DNA of 11,102 nucleotides from Opitutus sp. GAS368 (lineage in GTDB: Bacteria > Verrucomicrobiota > Verrucomicrobiia > Opitutales > Opitutaceae): contig CAMAVZ010000055.1 in the NCBI GenBank assembly GCA_945861645.1, forward strand, positions 1 to 11,102. The letters run 5' to 3'. Below are positions 6,583 through 11,102 of this stretch, in pieces (position 1 is the first letter of the stretch; the number at the start of each line of letters is the position of its first letter). Below the pieces are notes generated by a model. The model searched no databases, was not told the origin of the DNA, and saw only the letters and a list, made by a program, of their open reading frames with translations. The position numbers and the translations under genes are program-made.

Positions 6583-7677
6583 TTACGCAGGCAAATTGTG
6601 CTGCAGAAACCGCAGGAAGTTGCCGTGCATGATCCCCGCAATCTCACTGGGCTGATAACCCCGTTGCGCCAGAAGGAGCGGTACTTTCTGTAAATCCGCT
6701 ATCGTATCGAGATCCTCTGGCGATTGCTCATGACCAAAACCGCCATCCAAATCGGTGCCGATGCCAGCGTGCTGCGCATTGCCCGCGAGTTGGCAGACGT
6801 GATCGATCTGCTCCACCATGTGCGCCAATTTTACGCCCACATCACTGGGGCGAGTTTTATTTTTCACCCACCCCGGCACGAGCATCCACGCATCCAGCGC
6901 GGTCCCCAACACCCCACCCCGCTCGATCACGGTCTTAATTTGTGCATCATCGAATTGTCGCACCCCCGGCACCAAGGCCCGGCAATTTTGATGACTAGCC
7001 CAAAGCGGACCGTGAAAAAGTTTGGTCGCTTCCCAAAAGGCTTCATCGCTCAAATGCGTGCAGTCGAGAATCAGGCCTAAACGATTCATTGCTTTAATCA
7101 GCTCACGACCAGCCGAGCTCAGGGGGCCCGTGGCTTCCGTGCCGGGCGCATAGGTGCCGGGGCCGTAATGCGCCGGACCAATGGCGCGCAACCCTTGCGC
7201 GAAGGAACGTTCCAAATGTTGCAACGTCACCATCGAATCAGCGCCTTCTAAACTCAGGACATAACCAATCGGCCGCGGCGCGGCGGTGGCGGACTCCGCC
7301 CGAGCGTCTGGGGTGGGTTGCCACAATTTAATCATCTTCGCCAAGCCGGCCTGGTTGGTGATTGGAAACATTTCGCCGCGCTCTTCCATCGCCCGATACC
7401 AAGCCAACTGGCCCTGCGTTTGCGCCCATGCCTGTGACGGAGAATGCCAACCGGAGAGCGGATGGGTCGGTTTGACGTAACGCGCAATCTGCGTCGCCAC
7501 ACAAATTCCCACCTGACCACGGCGCATCTCCGGCAGACAAACCGTCCCATGACCACGGTCCGCCTTATCGTGCTGATCTTTTTCCCGCACGCGAATTTCA
7601 GCGATGGGGCGCGTCAGATCGCGATTCCACTCCAACGCGTTCATACTCAGATCAAGGTGGGCGTCAAAAATAAGCAT
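6583..7677 (-). CDS. Membrane dipeptidase family (peptidase M19, renal-dipeptidase-like) metallo-amidohydrolase
   Basis: IFDAHLD (H-x-D metal motif), LSLEGAD, ILDCTHLS, LWASHQN, RQFDD and HAGIGTDLDGG. No signal peptide is evident. Confidence 0.93.
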   Translation of the reverse strand: MLIFDAHLDLSMNALEWNRDLTRPIAEIRVREKDQHDKADRGHGTVCLPEMRRGQVGICVATQIARYVKPTHPLSGWHSPSQAWAQTQGQLAWYRAMEERGEMFPITNQAGLAKMIKLWQPTPDARAESATAAPRPIGYVLSLEGADSMVTLQHLERSFAQGLRAIGPAHYGPGTYAPGTEATGPLSSAGRELIKAMNRLGLILDCTHLSDEAFWEATKLFHGPLWASHQNCRALVPGVRQFDDAQIKTVIERGGVLGTALDAWMLVPGWVKNKTRPSDVGVKLAHMVEQIDHVCQLAGNAQHAGIGTDLDGGFGHEQSPEDLDTIADLQKVPLLLAQRGYQPSEIAGIMHGNFLRFLQHNLPA

Positions 7678-7728
7678 GGGGTAAGTAGGTGCTTTAAATA
7701 AAAGTGGATGCGCAGCCGCCGATGGCGT

Positions 7729-8835
7729 TCAAATCGTGATTTGTCGAGCGCGCCCGGTAATTGGCCAGCACTCCCCCGCCACGCCCGCGGTCACGGTCAC
7801 AGCCTGGGCATAGAGCGCGACGGTCGGACAAATATGCCAAGGAATCCCATACAAACAAGCGCCCACGGCAAAATCCGCCGCGTGCGCGGTGGCGACCACC
7901 AAATGCTCTTCGCTGTGCAACACGGCCGTGGCGTCGGGGAGATTGAAAAAAATTACGCGGGGATGAGGATTTTCCGCCGCAATCGCTTTATGACCTAAGT
8001 CCAACGTCAAATGATTCGCCTGCGGCTTGCTGACGACGCGCGTCAGCACCAAGGCCGCTTGGAGAAAAGCTAAATCCGGACAAAGTTGCGCGTAGCCCGC
8101 ATCCCAAAAAATACAGGTACCCGGACTGCATTCCACTTCGCCGCGGCGCGCATGAATCGGAAAAGTCGGGGTGCCACTGGCGATGATCCGCGGCACGGTG
8201 AAACCCTGCGCAATGAGCCTGTGACGCAATTCGTTGACGGGGCCGTAAGCCTCCGCCACCCGTTGCGTGCGCACCGCCAAATCGCGGTCATGAATATGAC
8301 CGTCGTAGGCGTGCAAGCCCGCGAACCGCAAGGCGGGTAAGCTCGCAATGAGTTGGGCCAACGCCAACGCCTCCGGCCCGGGTTTAATGCCGGTGCGCCC
8401 CATGCCACAGTCGAGGTCAATTAAAACCGCCAGCACCTGCTGCGCCGCGTTCGCCGCCTCGGCCAGCGCGCGCGTTGCAGCGGCATCATCAACAACGACC
8501 GCGAATTGGGTCGCAGGAAATTTCTCTATTAATTGCAGCCAACGCCCAAGATTAGGCCCGACGAGCGGATACGAGAGTAACACTTCCGCCGCACCGGCAC
8601 TGGCCGTAACTTCAGCTTCAGCAATCGTCGCGCATTTAAATTTCGTGATCCCCGCCGCGCACTGTAGCGCAATAATCGGGGCGAGCTTGTGCGTTTTCAT
8701 GTGCGGCCGCAAACGCTCAACCCCACCCGCCAACGCGATCATCCGGCGGATATTCTCGCGGACGCGATCAGGATAAACCAACAATGCCGGCGAGGCCACG
8801 GCCTCGTGATTAGTAAGCTCATACCAGTTTTTCAC
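7729..8835 (-). CDS. Fold-type III PLP-dependent enzyme, D-threonine aldolase / D-serine dehydratase (DSD1, D-TA) family, ~368 aa
   Basis: SPALLV, LRPHMKTHK (PLP lysine), CATIAEAE, DLDCGMGRTG, GLHAYDGH, SGTPTF, LDLGHKA, SEEH and PWHICPTV (metal-binding His/Cys). The start is placed at GTG 8835 (VKNWYEL); the ORF-track start at 8964 overlaps the RidA gene. Confidence 0.9.
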   Translation of the reverse strand: MKNWYELTNHEAVASPALLVYPDRVRENIRRMIALAGGVERLRPHMKTHKLAPIIALQCAAGITKFKCATIAEAEVTASAGAAEVLLSYPLVGPNLGRWLQLIEKFPATQFAVVVDDAAATRALAEAANAAQQVLAVLIDLDCGMGRTGIKPGPEALALAQLIASLPALRFAGLHAYDGHIHDRDLAVRTQRVAEAYGPVNELRHRLIAQGFTVPRIIASGTPTFPIHARRGEVECSPGTCIFWDAGYAQLCPDLAFLQAALVLTRVVSKPQANHLTLDLGHKAIAAENPHPRVIFFNLPDATAVLHSEEHLVVATAHAADFAVGACLYGIPWHICPTVALYAQAVTVTAGVAGECWPITGRARQITI

Positions 8836-8881
8836 AAGAGGGCGGAGCGTAGTTTTTAAAAAAGCAACGGCCGAGGCGGTT

Positions 8882-9343
8882 TTACCCCAGCTCAAACATC
8901 GCCTCAATCTCGACGGCAATATTACCCGGCAGCGAGCCCGCGCCGACCGCGCTGCGGGCGCCAATCCCTTGCTCGGGCCCGAACACTTCGACCATCAACT
9001 CACTGTAGCCATTAATCACTTGCGGATGCTGGGTGAAATCAGCGGCGGCGTTAACCAGGCCCAGTGTTTTTATGAGACGCTTAATCCGGTCCAACGAGCC
9101 CAGCTCCTGCCGCAAAGTAGCGAGCATGGTCAGACCCACTTGGCGGGCGGCAAATTTTCCCTGCGCGAGCGTCAAATCAGCTCCCACGCGGCCGGTCAGC
9201 ATCGTGCCATCAAGCTGCAACGGGCCGTGACCAGAAACATAAGCCAACGAACCCACGATGACCACCGGGCGGTAAATCCCGCCCAAAGGCGGTGGTGGAG
9301 GCAGCGCTAAATTTAAGGCAGCAAATCGTTTTTCGTGGCTCAT
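8882..9343 (-). CDS. RidA/YjgF/YER057c/UK114 family protein (imine/enamine deaminase-like)
   Basis: GIYRPVV, LAYVSGHGP, GRVGADL, VINGYSELMVEVFG, GARSAVG (conserved Arg), SLPGNIAVEIEA. Confidence 0.93.
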   Translation of the reverse strand: MSHEKRFAALNLALPPPPPLGGIYRPVVIVGSLAYVSGHGPLQLDGTMLTGRVGADLTLAQGKFAARQVGLTMLATLRQELGSLDRIKRLIKTLGLVNAAADFTQHPQVINGYSELMVEVFGPEQGIGARSAVGAGSLPGNIAVEIEAMFELG

Positions 9344-9364
9344 AAATAAAATAACTGAACCATG

Positions 9365-9392
9365 AACCTAAGGATTCGCGGCGCCGAGGCAA
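9365..9392 (-). promoter_or_regulatory. Putative sigma70-type promoter for the RidA-PLP enzyme-dipeptidase operon
   Basis: Minus strand TTGCCT (9392-9387)-N16-TAGGTT (9370-9365), about 20 nt upstream of the RidA ATG and followed by an AT-rich leader. Confidence 0.35.
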
Positions 9393-9406
9393 GCCTACGG
9401 CACCGC
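9378..9406 (-). terminator. GC-rich hairpin just after the stop of the 470-aa gene (terminator or 3' stabilising stem; no immediate U tract)
   Basis: Minus-strand RNA GCGGUGCCG-U-AGG-CUUG-CCU-CGGCGCCGC forms a 9-bp stem (one U-G), a bulge, a 3-bp stem and a G(CUUG)C tetraloop, starting 10 nt after the stop at 9416. Confidence 0.5.
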
Positions 9407-9415
9407 ACGGACTGA

Positions 9416-10828
9416 CTACTCAGATTTTTTGGTGCGAGATTTCTTGGCGGCCGTCTGCTTAGCATTCAGCCAAACTTGTCCCTTAGCATTGACGTTCAGC
9501 CAATAAATTTCTCCGCCGTGCTCCGCAAAAGTGGGTTTAGCCTTGGGCGAACTTGGCCGCTCGAGACCCGCTGTCACCAAGATCGCCTGTAATTGCGTTT
9601 CGGTTTTTTCTAATTTTTTCGCGAGATCTTTGACCAGTGCGGTGACGCCTTCGCCACGTTTCTTGGGCTCCATCATGAGCCGCATCGCGGTCAGAGTGTT
9701 CTCGGGCGGCAAGATTTTCCCCGCCGACCGCCTTTTAGTGGGCACAAAGGCATCGCGCGAATCTGCCGAACCGCGCGCCGACCCGGCGGCCCGGGGAGCA
9801 GCGACCACCGGGGCTGAAGCCGGCGCGTCTGCCTCGAGCGGTTTTTCTTCGGCATTAATCCAAATCTCTCCGCGCTGATTGCGGTTGAGGTAATATTCAA
9901 AATTTCCTTTCCGCGCCAACACGGGCTCGTCGCCTCCCGACAAACGCAGCCCAAATTCGCTCAGTTTTTCTAGTAGCTGCGCGTCATCGAGTTTCAACGC
10001 TTTGGTGAGATAAGGGAAACTACCGGACCAGCCGTGACCGCGCCGATTGCGCCGCATCATGGTACGAATGCGACCCAGGAAAGAATCCGATCCGGCAAAG
10101 ACCGCCTCAAGGGCCCGCGGCGGTTGTTCCGCGCGGGACTCCGGGCGCGGCGCGGCGAGACGCGCGGGTTGCTGTTCAGCGGGGACGGGGGTCGTCTGCG
10201 CGAGCTTAAATTTCTTATCCCGCGTATTTACCCAAATGCGGCCGTTTTGATCGCGCTCCAACCAATAGAGCGACCCGTCATAATCAACCACGTCACCTTT
10301 CGCTTCACCCGCGGCCGGCAGCGGTAAACCGCACTCTTCAAAAGCGGTGAGAACTTCCCGCGCATCCTGTTCAAATTTCTTGGCGAGAAAATCTAACTCT
10401 ACCGTGCGATCACCGTGCGAATTTTTTCGCAAAAATGGCTGCAAGGCTTCGAAAAGTGTCGGCAAATCTTCTTCACTGCCCTCGAGGTCATCAAAATTAC
10501 CGAGCCCCAAATCAATCGGGAGCGGGGCATTGACCGGACGCGTGGGCGGCAAGTCGTCGGCAAAAGAACGTTCATCCTTCCCGTCATCTTCCTCGGCGGG
10601 AATGGGTGGTGGCGTATAAGCGGGTTTCGCCGCGGCGGGCGGGAACCAATCCCGAGCGACAGGGCGACGAGCTAGGCCATTAAACACGAGTGGATTATCC
10701 GGCTTCGCGGTAAAATTGATGATCTCCCATTCATCCTTACCCAGCTGCCCGAGGTGTTGTTCGAGCAACTGCATGTTGGCAAAACCCAGCGGTCCACTGG
10801 AGATCAATTTATATTCCCAAGATGACAT
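9416..10828 (-). CDS. Hypothetical protein, ~470 aa: DUF4177-like N-terminal domain plus three tandem winged-helix-like repeats
   Basis: Long ORF. The N-terminal WEYKLIS...LEQHLGQLGKDEWEII matches the WEYK...LNxLGxxGWEL pattern of DUF4177. Three internal repeats end in Y[WY]Lxx[DN]xxGx[IV]W[VIL]N and are separated by Pro/Ala-rich linkers. The start is placed at ATG 10828 (MSSWEYK). Confidence 0.85.
   Translation of the reverse strand: MSSWEYKLISSGPLGFANMQLLEQHLGQLGKDEWEIINFTAKPDNPLVFNGLARRPVARDWFPPAAAKPAYTPPPIPAEEDDGKDERSFADDLPPTRPVNAPLPIDLGLGNFDDLEGSEEDLPTLFEALQPFLRKNSHGDRTVELDFLAKKFEQDAREVLTAFEECGLPLPAAGEAKGDVVDYDGSLYWLERDQNGRIWVNTRDKKFKLAQTTPVPAEQQPARLAAPRPESRAEQPPRALEAVFAGSDSFLGRIRTMMRRNRRGHGWSGSFPYLTKALKLDDAQLLEKLSEFGLRLSGGDEPVLARKGNFEYYLNRNQRGEIWINAEEKPLEADAPASAPVVAAPRAAGSARGSADSRDAFVPTKRRSAGKILPPENTLTAMRLMMEPKKRGEGVTALVKDLAKKLEKTETQLQAILVTAGLERPSSPKAKPTFAEHGGEIYWLNVNAKGQVWLNAKQTAAKKSRTKKSE
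9452..10462 (-). repeat. Three protein-level repeats of ~83 aa (10211-10462, 9842-10087, 9452-9703)
   Basis: R1 TLFEALQPFLRKNSHGDRTVELDFLAKKFEQDAREVLTAFEECGL...YWLERDQNGRIWVN; R2 SFLGRIRTMMRRNRRGHGWSGSFPYLTKALKLDDAQLLEKLSEFGL...YYLNRNQRGEIWIN; R3 NTLTAMRLMMEPKKRGEGVTALVKDLAKKLEKTETQLQAILVTAGL...YWLNVNAKGQVWLN. Confidence 0.85.
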
Positions 10829-10963
10829 ATGAACCCAACGCATCCTGCATCACCCCGCCTGACGCCAGCTTATATTTTTCGCCCACGCCCCGTAAATTCC
10901 TAGCCATAAAGAGTCACCCCGATCCTGCTTCCCAATTCCGCCAATTCTGTCCAAACACTGCGC

Positions 10964-11102
10964 ATGCGCCGCGTGGACCAACTGCTCGCCAATCTCGGCT
11001 ACTGCTCGCGCCGTGAGGCCCGCGGCTGGATCCAAGCAGGCCGCGTTACCGTGCGTGGCGTGACGGAAAAAGATTTTGGCGCCAAAGCGAATCCCGCCGA
11101 GG
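10964..11102 (+). CDS. S4-domain protein, most likely an RsuA/RluB/E/F-family rRNA pseudouridine synthase; 3' end lies outside the window
   Basis: Manual translation from ATG 10964 gives MRRVDQLLANLGYCSRREARGWIQAGRVTVRGVTEKDFGAKANPAE, a canonical S4 signature (R-x-D-x-x-L...SRREA...I..GRVTV.G). The frame is open to the window end and is not in the ORF track. Confidence 0.85.
   Translation, partial: MRRVDQLLANLGYCSRREARGWIQAGRVTVRGVTEKDFGAKANPAE

Noticed and set aside
8836-8964. N-terminal extension of the PLP enzyme ORF
   Set aside because: It overlaps the RidA gene by ~80 nt, and family-like sequence begins at the GTG at 8835.
10850-11035. ORF-track ORFs 10822-11016 (+) and 10850-11035 (-)
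   Set aside because: They conflict with the S4-domain gene starting at 10964 and cover the divergent promoter region.
1-11102. CRISPR array, IS/transposase, integrase, tRNA/rRNA or a known anti-phage defence system
   Set aside because: I saw no regularly spaced nucleotide repeats, terminal inverted repeats, recombinase or nuclease motifs, or cloverleaf structures.

Overview
An 11.1 kb, GC-rich bacterial chromosomal window. An Opitutaceae/Verrucomicrobiota origin is inferred from gene content and style, not proven. From left to right it holds: a truncated minus-strand 2-oxoacid dehydrogenase E1-alpha gene that the ORF track missed; a ~135 nt multi-stem candidate non-coding RNA; an RluA-family pseudouridine synthase; a 21-bp operator-like palindrome; a plus-strand cluster of an alpha/beta hydrolase and two tandem GH3-family (acyl-acid amido synthetase-like) genes; a convergent minus-strand cluster of RidA, a fold-III PLP enzyme (D-threonine aldolase/DSD1-like) and an M19 dipeptidase; a 470-aa hypothetical protein with a DUF4177-like N-terminus and three copies of an ~83-aa winged-helix-like repeat; and the start of an S4-domain (RsuA-like) pseudouridine synthase. 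I saw no CRISPR array, tRNA, rRNA or mobile element. The best candidates for undescribed biology are the hydrolase plus paired GH3 module, the triple-repeat protein and the orphan structured RNA.
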